64,000 bases of DNA from Hyphomonas sp. (GCA_041752715.1 JBGSVY010000252.1:2960-66959), one strand, 5' to 3'. Positions 50,754 through 60,087 are shown, counted from the first letter of the stretch. Numbers and translations are program-made. Notes: generated from the sequence alone by a model not told the origin.

Positions 50754-52013
50754 TCAGCGCTCCATCATCGCCTTGATCCGGCTGCCATCAAGCCGGCCGT
50801 CCGACAGCCGGTTCAACAGGAGGACAGAGAGAAGGGCGCGCTCTGCGAAACTGTCGACACATACAAATTCCTCTGTCGAATGAATCCGTCCGCCCCGAAC
50901 GCCCAACGTATCGACATTCGGCACGCCTGCCGCAAAGATATTGTTTCCTTCGCACACCCCGCCACTATCCACAAATTCCAGATCAAGCCCGATCGCGCGT
51001 CCGGTGGCGTGCACGGCATCAAAAAGCGCTTGCTGGGCGTGATTGCGCGGCTTTGGAGGCCTGTAGAATCCGCCATGCAAATGACCATGGATGCCGTCGC
51101 GGGAAACGGCGCGGGCAAACAGCGTTTTAACTTCACGTGTCGCCCAATCGGAGGCTGCTTTGTCCGGCGCCCTTGCCCCGAACCGGACGACGGCCAAATC
51201 TGGCACAATGTTGACAGCGCTGCCGCCTTCGATCGCCCCGACATTGAACGTGACGCCTTCACGCTGGCCATTGAGCCCTTCGATGCCGAGCACGAGTTGA
51301 GCCGCAGCTTCGATTGCGCTTCGTCCCTCCTCTTTCGCTCGGCCGGCATGCGCAGCCCGTCCATGCAGAACGATATCGAACACGGCTGAGCCCTTGCGCG
51401 CGCCGGACATGGCCCCGGAATCCATTGCCGGTTCGTAGGTCATGCCGATCACAGCGCCGGCATGCGCCGCTGCCGTCAGCGCTGGCGCGCTCGAGAGATT
51501 GCCAATCTCTTCATCCGGCGTAAGCACGATCTGGTATCCGAGCTGGTCCCGAAGCGGACTGGCTTCAAACGCGATCAGTGCTTCGAGCATGACCGAGATC
51601 CCACCCTTCATGTCGGCCATGCCGGGACCATTGATCCGGTCGTCGCCGATATTCTGGATCGTCTCGAACGTTCCGGGAGGGAACACGGTATCGTAATGCC
51701 CCGACACAACGACCTGAACAGGCGCCGCCGGCCTCGCGACCACCCTGACGAGCGGTGCGGTCGTGGCAGATACCGCCTTGCCGTCAGCGCCGATGATCTC
51801 GAAAGCGGTTCCCATCTCCAGCGAAACGTCTGCCTGAAGCGCCGAAAATGCGTCCGCAAGCAACGGTGCAAAACGGGTCAGGCCGGCCGTATTCCAGCTT
51901 CCTGTGTTGTGGGCAGACCAGGCGCGAGCCCGTTCCGCCATTGTTGCGGTGAGGCTGGCCAGACGTTCGCGGGCCGCTTCGTCTTCGATTGAAAGTCTAG
52001 AGAGATCCGTCAT
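50754..52013 (-). CDS. M20-family metallohydrolase (ast operon hydrolase)
   Basis: GHYDTV, GPGMADMKGG, DEEIG, AHAG, G..H..E motifs. Confidence 0.88.
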   Translation of the reverse strand: MTDLSRLSIEDEAARERLASLTATMAERARAWSAHNTGSWNTAGLTRFAPLLADAFSALQADVSLEMGTAFEIIGADGKAVSATTAPLVRVVARPAAPVQVVVSGHYDTVFPPGTFETIQNIGDDRINGPGMADMKGGISVMLEALIAFEASPLRDQLGYQIVLTPDEEIGNLSSAPALTAAAHAGAVIGMTYEPAMDSGAMSGARKGSAVFDIVLHGRAAHAGRAKEEGRSAIEAAAQLVLGIEGLNGQREGVTFNVGAIEGGSAVNIVPDLAVVRFGARAPDKAASDWATREVKTLFARAVSRDGIHGHLHGGFYRPPKPRNHAQQALFDAVHATGRAIGLDLEFVDSGGVCEGNNIFAAGVPNVDTLGVRGGRIHSTEEFVCVDSFAERALLSVLLLNRLSDGRLDGSRIKAMMER

Positions 52014-52068
52014 CGCGCCTTGGTTTCATAGCTGAGACGCCCGGGCAAGTCCTCGCCGGGAATGCCGC

Positions 52069-52101
52069 AAACAAAAACGGCCCGGTGTGAGCCGGGCCGT
52101 T
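52069..52101 (-). terminator. Rho-independent terminator of ompA
   Basis: AACGGCCCGG...CCGGGCCGTT stem with an A-tract on +. Confidence 0.85.
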
Positions 52102-52122
52102 CTCTAAATCGGGTTCGTCAAA

Positions 52123-53307
52123 CTACTGAACGAGGATCCGGACTTCGGACCGGCGATTGAGCGGCTCACGCACGCCATCGCGGGTTTCCTTGGCTGGCTT
52201 GGATTCGCCCTCACCAGCTTGTGCGATGATCTCAGATGCGATGCCGCGTTGGCTGAGCGCACCAGCAACAACACCTGCACGGCGAGCCGACAGCGCGTCG
52301 TTGTAAGCGGTTGCGCCGGACGTATCCGTGTGACCGACGATGCTCACCGAGCTCGCCTTACAGGTTGCGCTCGCGTTGATGTTGGCCACGGCCTGGTCGA
52401 TCACCGCTGCTGCCTGGCTTGTGAGATCCGACTGATCCCACTCGAAGTAGACCACGAACTCCTGGTTGAGAGCCGAACACTGCTCTGCAACCGGGGCCAG
52501 ATCTTCTGGCGGAGGAGGTGGTGGAGGAGGCGGGGGTGGTGGTGGGGGTGGCGGTGGTGGCGGCGGAGGTGGTGGTGGTGGTGGCGGGGGTGGCGGGGGT
52601 GGCGGCGTGACACCGAACGCATACCGCAGACCCAGCGTCGCTGTGTGGTCCGTATAGTCGACGTCGTAAGCCGGTCCGCCGTGGTTGCCGTCGAACTCAA
52701 GATCCTGGGCTGAGAGGTACTTGTAGCCAAGGTCGAGTGTCAGGCGGTCCGTCATCTTGAAACCGATGCCAGCCAGACCTTGATAGGCAAGGCCCGTCGC
52801 CGTGTCGTTGAATCCGTTGGCTGCGCTCAGGTTCGTTCCTGTCCCGCGCACGCGGTTGGCGACCTTCGCGTCAAGACGCACGCCGCCGACGCCGACGCCG
52901 ATGTAAGGCTTCACGGTGCCTTCGGAGTTGAAATCATAGAGGCCGTTCAGGAAGAGGTCGACCGAAGAAGCCGTTCCGGCTGGGTTGACCGTCAGGCCTG
53001 GAACAACGCTCGACACTGTGCGTGTTACATCCAGATCGCCCGACTTGTAGCCGAGCACGCCTTCAAAACGCAGGCCGTTGCTGAAACCGTAGCCAAGGCC
53101 GACGTCAGCACCAAAGGCTTCCGAGGCTTTTGTATCGCCCGAAAGTGCACCGAGGACGTTCGAGGTCTGGGTGTCGTGATCGATCCGGCCGTCGAAATTG
53201 TATTGAAGGTCGCTGCGGCCGTACCAGCCTTCAGCGTGGGCGGAGAAGCCAACAGTCGCGAAGGCGGCTGCGGCTGTCGCGCACATCAAAGTTTTTCTCA
53301 TAGTCAT
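52123..53307 (-). CDS. OmpA-family outer membrane protein (beta-barrel, poly-Pro linker, OmpA_C)
   Basis: Signal peptide, 8-strand barrel (PYIGVGVG, LDLGYKY), GHTD..N..LSARRA, NRRSE. Confidence 0.93.
   Translation of the reverse strand: MTMRKTLMCATAAAAFATVGFSAHAEGWYGRSDLQYNFDGRIDHDTQTSNVLGALSGDTKASEAFGADVGLGYGFSNGLRFEGVLGYKSGDLDVTRTVSSVVPGLTVNPAGTASSVDLFLNGLYDFNSEGTVKPYIGVGVGGVRLDAKVANRVRGTGTNLSAANGFNDTATGLAYQGLAGIGFKMTDRLTLDLGYKYLSAQDLEFDGNHGGPAYDVDYTDHTATLGLRYAFGVTPPPPPPPPPPPPPPPPPPPPPPPPPPPPPPPPPEDLAPVAEQCSALNQEFVVYFEWDQSDLTSQAAAVIDQAVANINASATCKASSVSIVGHTDTSGATAYNDALSARRAGVVAGALSQRGIASEIIAQAGEGESKPAKETRDGVREPLNRRSEVRILVQ
52507..52605 (-). repeat. (CCN)33 tract encoding 33 consecutive prolines
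   Basis: 99 nt of NGG triplets on + with mixed third positions. Confidence 0.95.
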
Positions 53308-53568
53308 TCCCCTTGTGGGAGGCGTCGGACGGAATTGTCCCTCGCCGAAAATTCATACATTGATACGGCCATGCCGCATGAGGGTTAGTTAGCCGGTTTC
53401 AGGCCGAACCGCGAGGGGTTTCGCACCTAAAGCCGCCTGTAAGAGTGGAAATTTTAACCTACCGCGGCCCATTTGCAACACGCGTATTTACCGAGATGCT
53501 GTGGCTGCCAAATCTGGCGCCGCCGGATCGGGATTGATCGGGCGGCATGGCGATGCTCAAAACCTGAA

Positions 53569-53645
53569 TGGTACCGCCTCTCCGGCTTGAACGGAGGACC
53601 TCTGGTTCCACAAACCAGCGCTCTAACCAACTGAGCTAAGGCGGC
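53569..53645 (-). tRNA. tRNA-His(GTG), lacking G-1, with A73
   Basis: Reverse complement GCCGCCTTAGCTCAGTTGGTTAGAGCGCTGGTTTGTGGAACCAGAGGTCCTCCGTTCAAGCCGGAGAGGCGGTACCA. Confidence 0.95.
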
Positions 53646-53702
53646 AAACTCTGCTTGGACTTACAGGCCAGTGTGCCGGCTTTCAAGCCTCCAGCCGTCC
53701 AG

Positions 53703-53729
53703 AAACCGTCCAGACGCGTTCTGGACGGT
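53703..53729 (-). terminator. Hairpin at the nusG stop, possible terminator
   Basis: ACCGTCCAGA-CGCGT-TCTGGACGGT with a short U-tail on the minus strand. Confidence 0.55.
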
Positions 53730-54271
53730 CAGACCTTTGCGACCTGGTCGAATTCCAGATCGACCGGGGTACCGCGGCCAAAGATCGAGACCGTCACCTT
53801 GATGCGGCCGGCGGCCTCGTCGATTTCCTCGACAGCGCCTTCGAAGCCCTGGAACGGTCCGTCATTGACCTGCACCTGCTCACCGATCTCGAAGGTGATT
53901 CGCGGACGCGGACGCTCCGCGGTGACATCGACGGCCTTGCCGAGAATACGGTCGACTTCGCGCTGGCGCACCGGCAAGGGCTTCTTGCCACCCTCGGCGC
54001 CAAGGAAGCCGGACACTTTCGGCGTGTCCTTGACGAGGTGATACACGTCATCCGTGAGCTGCGCCTTGACCAGCACGTAGCCGGGGAAAAATCGCCGCTC
54101 GACCGTCTTCTTCTTGCCGCGCGCGACCTCCACGACCTCTTCGGTCGGCACCTCGATCTCCTCGATCAGGTGCAGGAGGCCCTTGCGCTCGGCCTGTTCA
54201 CGAATCGACGAGGCCACCTTCTTCTCGAAGTTGGAATAGGCGTGGACGATATACCATTTGGCTTCAGCCAT
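53729..54271 (-). CDS. nusG: Transcription termination/antitermination factor NusG
   Basis: WYIVHAYSNFE, FFPGYVLV, KOW motif DGPF, VSIFGRGTPVDL. Confidence 0.97.
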   Translation of the reverse strand: MAEAKWYIVHAYSNFEKKVASSIREQAERKGLLHLIEEIEVPTEEVVEVARGKKKTVERRFFPGYVLVKAQLTDDVYHLVKDTPKVSGFLGAEGGKKPLPVRQREVDRILGKAVDVTAERPRPRITFEIGEQVQVNDGPFQGFEGAVEEIDEAAGRIKVTVSIFGRGTPVDLEFDQVAKV

Positions 54272-54318
54272 AGCGGCGGTGCGCTCCTTGAGATCGATTT
54301 TGGCGGGCATTTTGACGA

Positions 54319-54585
54319 TTAAAGGCCCGAAATGAACTTGACGGCCATGCTTATGAGTGTGTCGGCAAGGAAAAGAAAGAGGGCGATAACGACCGACATG
54401 ATCAGCACGAAAATGGTCGCCTGGATGGTTTCCTGCCGCGTGGTCCACGTGACTTTGTTGCCCTCAGCGCGCACCTGCTGGAGGAAGGTGATCGGGCCGA
54501 CCGACTTCTTCTTCTCCCTGGGCGCCTTCGGGGCGTCCTTGGCTTTCGCAGGCTTTGGCGGGGGTTTGGGCGTTTTGCCAGCCAT
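54319..54585 (-). CDS. secE: Preprotein translocase subunit SecE
   Basis: FLQQVRAEGNKVTWTTRQET plus a single TM; directly upstream of nusG. Confidence 0.93.
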   Translation of the reverse strand: MAGKTPKPPPKPAKAKDAPKAPREKKKSVGPITFLQQVRAEGNKVTWTTRQETIQATIFVLIMSVVIALFLFLADTLISMAVKFISGL

Positions 54586-54810
54586 TGTGACACTCTCGTT
54601 AAAAGCGGGGAAGTAGACGTTTTGGATGGCCCCGTCCACGCCAAATGTGCAGGATCCGAGCCTTGCGGCGATGTGGGCGCGCGTGCAGCGCGCCGCAAGG
54701 GCCAGCCGCGTAACGCCGCAAAGGGCGCGTCAGGCCGTCTCGCCAATGCGCTGCGGGCAGAATGCTTGCAACCGGCCCGTGCCGGCCACACTGCTACGAT
54801 CTGGCGCTCG

Positions 54811-55356
54811 CTAGATCGCGGTTTCGAGAATAACCTGTTTCGTCGCGACATCGACGATGGTGATCGAGCGGGCGCCGAGGGACCGGCCGTCGGCGTAGAG
54901 CGGGATGACAAGCGGCCAGTCGATCACGCTGGTTTCACCGACCCATTCGTAGCGGTCACGCGACGAGGGATGGGCTTCCGCCTCCCTCAGGCCCGGATTG
55001 CTGACGTAGAAGGCGCGCTCGATCTCGCCATTGATCACGACCTGCCAATCGCCGCCCTGCCGGGCGAAGACCTTCGGCGCAAAGGAGCTGATGCGCTTGC
55101 TGGATGTGACCTTCGCCGCTGTGACCTCGCCGCGCTCGTACGACAAGGAGATACTCAGCACGGCGACCTGCTGGTTCCCGGTGGGCCGGGCGACGGGCTT
55201 CGGCCTTTCGGGAACGACGATCTTGCCGGGGCCCTGCCCACGCTCAAGATCAACGGGCGGGCCGCCGGGCGCGCCGGGAAGCGCCGCCTGCGCGAAGCTC
55301 TGCCCGACCGCCAACATGGCGAGCGCTGCAATTGCCGTTTGATGCCTCAATTTCAT
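54811..55356 (-). CDS. Secreted hypothetical protein
   Basis: Signal peptide MKLRH...SFA; beta-rich body; 27 nt downstream of the peptidase gene. Confidence 0.7.
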   Translation of the reverse strand: MKLRHQTAIAALAMLAVGQSFAQAALPGAPGGPPVDLERGQGPGKIVVPERPKPVARPTGNQQVAVLSISLSYERGEVTAAKVTSSKRISSFAPKVFARQGGDWQVVINGEIERAFYVSNPGLREAEAHPSSRDRYEWVGETSVIDWPLVIPLYADGRSLGARSITIVDVATKQVILETAI

Positions 55357-55383
55357 GACACGGTACCCTGTGACTTCGAACGC

Positions 55384-56256
55384 CTATGGTGTAGGGACAA
55401 CGTAGCTCCACTGCGCAGGAGCGAATGCGGCTGGCGGCGTGACGACGGGCGCGCCCGAAAGCGAGCGATAGGCCTGATCCATGACCGCCCAGTCTGCCGG
55501 ACCCGATTCCCAAACTTCATTGCCCGCGTTCGACATGATGAGATTGGTGGTGATGTTTGCCTGCGACCGCCACCAGACCGATCCATTACGCGAGGACGTG
55601 TGCGAGCCGCAATTGCGCCAGGCCGCGTTGGCCGCATCGCCCGTGCAGTCTGCGCTCGACGTGTACATTACGGGTGACTTCGCGAAATATCCGCCATCGC
55701 AACAATACTCGTCGGGCAGGCCAAACAAGCCATGTCCGGTTTCGTGGACCATCGTACGGAAACTCGTCGGCTCTGCCGTCGCGCGTCCGCCGCCGCCGCA
55801 ATCGCGCAGTTCATTGGCGTGCACGAGAATGATCTGATCCGCGAACGCACCATCCGTATTGACAGCAGCCGGCCACGTGACTGTGGGACATTGGAAATTT
55901 CCGTCGGCATCCAGGGGTCGCGCGGTAACGCTGCCCGTCGCGGTCATGTAGTAATAGTTGTAGAGAAACAGGCCGTTGAAATAGGCGCGGTTCTGCCAAT
56001 AGCCGTTTTCGATGATCCCGATTGCGTCGTTCACGAACCGTTGCCGGTTGGCGACGACTGTCATGTCACCATAGGATGCATCCGGAACGAAAAGGACATT
56101 GAAGGCGCCATCAAGATCACTCTTCGGCGCGAAGACTTCGAAAACGGTCGCGCCCGAAGCTGGCGCGTCATCTGCCGACACTGTGCGCGTCAATTTACAG
56201 GCGGCACCTGCGAACAGGAAAAAGCAGATCAAAATCCCGATTGCGGGCCTTATCAT
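55384..56256 (-). CDS. M64-like (IgA peptidase family) HExxH metallopeptidase, probable lipoprotein
   Basis: VHETGHGLFGLPDEY motif, NVLFVPD..Y, lipobox-like GAAC. Confidence 0.7.
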   Translation of the reverse strand: MIRPAIGILICFFLFAGAACKLTRTVSADDAPASGATVFEVFAPKSDLDGAFNVLFVPDASYGDMTVVANRQRFVNDAIGIIENGYWQNRAYFNGLFLYNYYYMTATGSVTARPLDADGNFQCPTVTWPAAVNTDGAFADQIILVHANELRDCGGGGRATAEPTSFRTMVHETGHGLFGLPDEYCCDGGYFAKSPVMYTSSADCTGDAANAAWRNCGSHTSSRNGSVWWRSQANITTNLIMSNAGNEVWESGPADWAVMDQAYRSLSGAPVVTPPAAFAPAQWSYVVPTP

Positions 56257-56444
56257 GGCACACTCCCCACCCCCCAGCAGAGGATTATTCTCTACCACGT
56301 TCAGCGGAGCGTGGAAACTCAGATTCGTTGCTTGTGTCGCCGACAAGACAAATTATATTCGTCCGTACACGATCTTTTTGACGCCATGCGCCTCAGATGC
56401 GTGCCAAATCAAGGTGCTGGCTACTGACCGGCGTGCGGGGGTGT

Positions 56445-57632
56445 TCACGCTGCCTCGGCGCCTTTTGGCCGCGTGGCCGAACGGTCGAGAACACCAGGCA
56501 CATCCCATGCGCCTTCAGGGCGGATGACCGTGAATGGGTCAGCCCGGATGGTCAGTGCGTCTGGATGCGCCGCAAGCGGAATTTCGATTTCGCAATAGTC
56601 GTAACCAGAGAAGGCGAAAGGTTGACGGCCCTCAACCCGGCGGCAGCGCAAGACGCGGTTCCATGTCGGCACAAGGCGCGCCTGGATCTGGGCGAGCGCG
56701 AGGCGATAGCCCTTGCGGGCGATCAGTTCGAAGGTTTCAGCCATCAGTACTTTCAGTGCAGGTGTGCCCCGGAAGGCGGGCAAGACGGAGGTGCGCTCGC
56801 ATTTGGCAAAGTCCGCAAACCAGCGCAGCCGGATCGTTCCAATGGGCCGGGCGCCCTTGAACAGCACCATGTGCGTCGCCGAGAAATCATTGCCATCATA
56901 CTCCTCCTCATAAGGACAGTCCTGCTCGGCGAGATAGACAGCTGCGCGGATCGCCATGGCTTGCTGGTAATCTTCGAGCGTGCGCGCGGGTCGGCATGAA
57001 AAGGTTGCAAGGGCGCCGTCGGGAAGCGGCCGGGCAAGCGCCAGTTCACCAATCGACGGACGCAGGACGGCGGGCGGCGGCGCCGGTTTTTCTGGCACGA
57101 CCTCAAGCGGTTCCTGAACATAAAGGTCAGGCAGCCCGCCCTCGACCGGCCCGAAACCAAGCGATGCCATGGCCCGCTTGCCTTCCTCAGTTGCGCCGCG
57201 CGCGAAACAGGGCACAGACCCAAAAATCTGGGCGCGCACTAGGCCGGCAGCCGTCATCACAGCCTTTCGAGCGCCCTTTGTCGCGCCGGCGATGATCCCG
57301 ATATACACGCCATGACAGGGCTCGCCCTCCGCCGCGATATGGTTCAGTGCGGACCATTCGGGGGAAAAGCTGCCATCACGCACAGCGCACGTGCCTGCTT
57401 CACTCAAGGGCACAGCGACAAACACGCCCTCGACAGGATCGCCCGTGACCCAGGCCGCCATCCCCGTCATGCTGTCGAGCCAGGTTATTGTCTCCGGACT
57501 GGCCATCGGTTGACCGGTCAAGTGTTTGGCGATCTCCATGCCGGCGCGAATCTCGGAGAAAGACGCGCGCCGGAAGCCGAGACTCGCTGCCAGGCTGTGA
57601 AGCTCGGTAAAGGGGACAGATTGGATTGGCAT
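56445..57632 (-). CDS. Two-domain protein: N-terminal GNAT-like domain plus C-terminal GNAT acetyltransferase
   Basis: C-terminal IRAAVYLAEQDCPYEEEYDGND..H..GTIRLR..ER..VLPAFRG; N-terminal domain ends ATEEGKRAMASLGF. Confidence 0.65.
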   Translation of the reverse strand: MPIQSVPFTELHSLAASLGFRRASFSEIRAGMEIAKHLTGQPMASPETITWLDSMTGMAAWVTGDPVEGVFVAVPLSEAGTCAVRDGSFSPEWSALNHIAAEGEPCHGVYIGIIAGATKGARKAVMTAAGLVRAQIFGSVPCFARGATEEGKRAMASLGFGPVEGGLPDLYVQEPLEVVPEKPAPPPAVLRPSIGELALARPLPDGALATFSCRPARTLEDYQQAMAIRAAVYLAEQDCPYEEEYDGNDFSATHMVLFKGARPIGTIRLRWFADFAKCERTSVLPAFRGTPALKVLMAETFELIARKGYRLALAQIQARLVPTWNRVLRCRRVEGRQPFAFSGYDYCEIEIPLAAHPDALTIRADPFTVIRPEGAWDVPGVLDRSATRPKGAEAA

Positions 57633-57742
57633 GTCGGCTCTCCTCCAAACACACGCTGTGCGTGCATTTCGAGTTTCGTGACACGAATTGGCGCCCCAAA
57701 CAAGAGATTATCGCGCACAAGTTGTGGATTTGACAGGCCGCG

Positions 57743-58780
57743 TCAGAGAAGGCCCTGCAGGGAGGCCGCGGTCTCCCGCGCCTGCTCGGGCGAGCCGAAC
57801 AGTTGCCGGTTCACGCCGATCCGCTTGAACCAATAATGCAGGCCAACAAGATCAGTGAAACCCATACCGCCGTGAACCTCCGTCGCGGTGCGGGCAATGA
57901 AGGTGCCGGCTTCCGAAAGGTAGGACTTGGCCAGATTGGCCAGCATGGGCCCCTCGAGATCGTCAATGTCGAGCGCGTGGGCGGCATGCCAGACGAGCGC
58001 CCTGCCCGGCTCAAGTTTCGCCGCCATGTCGGCGCACATGTGCTTGACCGCCTGGAAGGAGCCGATGACGCGGCCAAACTGCTGGCGCTCGGCGGCATAG
58101 GCAACGGCCTTGTCGAGCATCGCTTGCGCCGCGCCGAGCGTATCGGCAGCGACCAGGAGGCGCGCCGCGGCGAGGATGCGGCCGACTGCTTTCGGCGAAG
58201 CAACAGCGCGTGCATGATCAAGTGTGACTGCATGGAAGGTGCGTGTACGGTCTATCGTCCGCATCGGAACGCATCGGCTCGCGGACGCCTCGACCACATG
58301 CAGCGTGCCGTCAGCACCGGCTGCCAGCAAGTGGGTGGCGCCTTCGGCATTCACGGCGAGCAGGGACGTGCCTGACACCTCTCCCTTCGAAAGGGTCAGG
58401 CTCGCGCCATCGCGGCGGGCGGTGAGCTCTGTCAAGGCGAGTCCGAATGTGGCCTTGCCCGCCGCCATCAGCATCAGCAGGTCTGGGTAATCGGTGAGCG
58501 CCGCTGCCGCGACGGCGTTCGCAAGAAAGCCCGACGGCGCGATGTGATAGCCGAGCGCCTCCTGCACGAGGCAGGCGTCCAGCAGGCCGAGACCGCCTGC
58601 ATCTTCCGGCACGAGCAGCGCGGGGAGGCCGAACTCGGACAAGGCCGTGTCCAGCGCGGCGGAGGCGCCTGCATCGCCCGCAGCGATCTTGCGGATCTGA
58701 TCGAGCGAGGCAGCGCCGGCGAGGACGCCTTTCAGGCTGTCCTGAAGCATCCGCTGGTCTTCGGAGAGTGCAAATTCCAT
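57743..58780 (-). CDS. Acyl-CoA dehydrogenase family protein (non-catalytic-type subunit)
   Basis: ERQQFGRVIGSFQAVKH, EVHGGMGFT. Confidence 0.9.
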   Translation of the reverse strand: MEFALSEDQRMLQDSLKGVLAGAASLDQIRKIAAGDAGASAALDTALSEFGLPALLVPEDAGGLGLLDACLVQEALGYHIAPSGFLANAVAAAALTDYPDLLMLMAAGKATFGLALTELTARRDGASLTLSKGEVSGTSLLAVNAEGATHLLAAGADGTLHVVEASASRCVPMRTIDRTRTFHAVTLDHARAVASPKAVGRILAAARLLVAADTLGAAQAMLDKAVAYAAERQQFGRVIGSFQAVKHMCADMAAKLEPGRALVWHAAHALDIDDLEGPMLANLAKSYLSEAGTFIARTATEVHGGMGFTDLVGLHYWFKRIGVNRQLFGSPEQARETAASLQGLL

Positions 58781-58785
58781 CTGCC

Positions 58786-59979
58786 TTAAGCCTTCGCCAG
58801 CTTGGGTTCGCGCGGCATGTTCAGCCCGCGTTCCGCAATGATGTTCTTCTGGATCTGCGCCGTGCCCCCGCCGATGATCAGACCGAGATCGTACATGTAG
58901 CGCCATTGCCAGCTTCCGTCCGCACGCAGATGTTCGCCGTCCTCGTACAGGATTCCGAGTTCGCCGAGGGCGTCGATGGCAAGGCGGGCGATCTCGTGAT
59001 TGAGGTCGCAGCCATTCAGCTTGACGATCAGGCCGGCGAGGCCCGCCGGCTCGTCCTTCAGGCGGCTGGTGGTGATGCGCAGGCCGTTGGCCTGCATGGC
59101 ATAGACTTCCGATTGCAGCTTCATCAGCCGGTCGCGCAGGAGCGGATTGGCGATGAGGGGCTGGCCGTTGACCGTTTCGGTTTTCATCAGCGCGACGAGT
59201 TCCAGGAAGCGGGCCTTGGTGGCGTTCGGATCGCCCAGCATGCCGCGCTCATGGGTCAGCGTCGCGTTAGCCACCTGCCAGCCCTTGTTCGGTTCGAAGA
59301 TCACGCCGCTCTTCGGTACACGGACATTCGTGAAGAATACTTCGTTGAAGTTCGCCGTGCCGGTCATGTCGACCAGCGGACGCACCTCGATCCCCGGCGT
59401 GGACATCGGGAACGTGATGTAGGTGATCCCCTCATGCTTCTTTGCAGCGGGGTCCGTCCGCACAAGGCAGAAGATCATGTCGGCCTGCTTCGCGGTCGAG
59501 GTCCATATCTTCGAACCATTGATCACATAATGATCGCCGTCCTCCACTGCCGAGGTGCGCAGCGCCGCGAGGTCCGATCCCGCGCCCGGCTCGGAGTAGC
59601 CCTGGCACCAGATCATCTCGCCTTCGATGGTCGGGCGGATATAGGCCTGCTTCTGCGCCTCGGTGCCAAGCTCCAGCAGCGTCGGCACCAGCATCGAGAT
59701 GCCCTGCCCCTGCATCGGCCCCGGCATACGCGAGCGCGCAAACTCCTCGGCGATGATGCGCGCCTTCAGGATGTCCGCTTCGCCGCCATACCCGCCATAG
59801 GCCTTGGGGATCGTCCGCGCGGCGAGGCCGTGCGCGATCAGCAGTTTCTGCCAGGCGATGCGCTTTGCATTCTTGTAGCCCTTGTCCTCGGACGTGGGGG
59901 CGAGATGGCGGTTCTTCGTCAGCGTCTCGGCGACGTCTGCACGAAAGGCTTCGTATTCGGGATCAAGATCAAGTTTCAT
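58786..59979 (-). CDS. Acyl-CoA dehydrogenase family protein
   Basis: WCQGYSEPGAGSDLA, NGSKIWTS, FNEVFF, IGGGTAQIQ. Confidence 0.93.
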   Translation of the reverse strand: MKLDLDPEYEAFRADVAETLTKNRHLAPTSEDKGYKNAKRIAWQKLLIAHGLAARTIPKAYGGYGGEADILKARIIAEEFARSRMPGPMQGQGISMLVPTLLELGTEAQKQAYIRPTIEGEMIWCQGYSEPGAGSDLAALRTSAVEDGDHYVINGSKIWTSTAKQADMIFCLVRTDPAAKKHEGITYITFPMSTPGIEVRPLVDMTGTANFNEVFFTNVRVPKSGVIFEPNKGWQVANATLTHERGMLGDPNATKARFLELVALMKTETVNGQPLIANPLLRDRLMKLQSEVYAMQANGLRITTSRLKDEPAGLAGLIVKLNGCDLNHEIARLAIDALGELGILYEDGEHLRADGSWQWRYMYDLGLIIGGGTAQIQKNIIAERGLNMPREPKLAKA

Positions 59980-60087
59980 GGCGCCATCTGAAACCCCTGA
60001 CCCGGCGTCCGGCAAGAGGGGCGCTTGCGCGACGTTGCGGAAGGCCTCTTAGCTCTCCCTCAAGAAACCCCTGAGGAGGAATGCCCC

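Noticed and set aside
52466..52657. Poly-glycine ORF on the + strand
   Set aside because: Antisense reading of the ompA poly-proline tract
53500..53660. tRNA genes (His here, Glu at 4027) as island integration sites
   Set aside because: No integrase and no duplicated tRNA 3' end seen in the window
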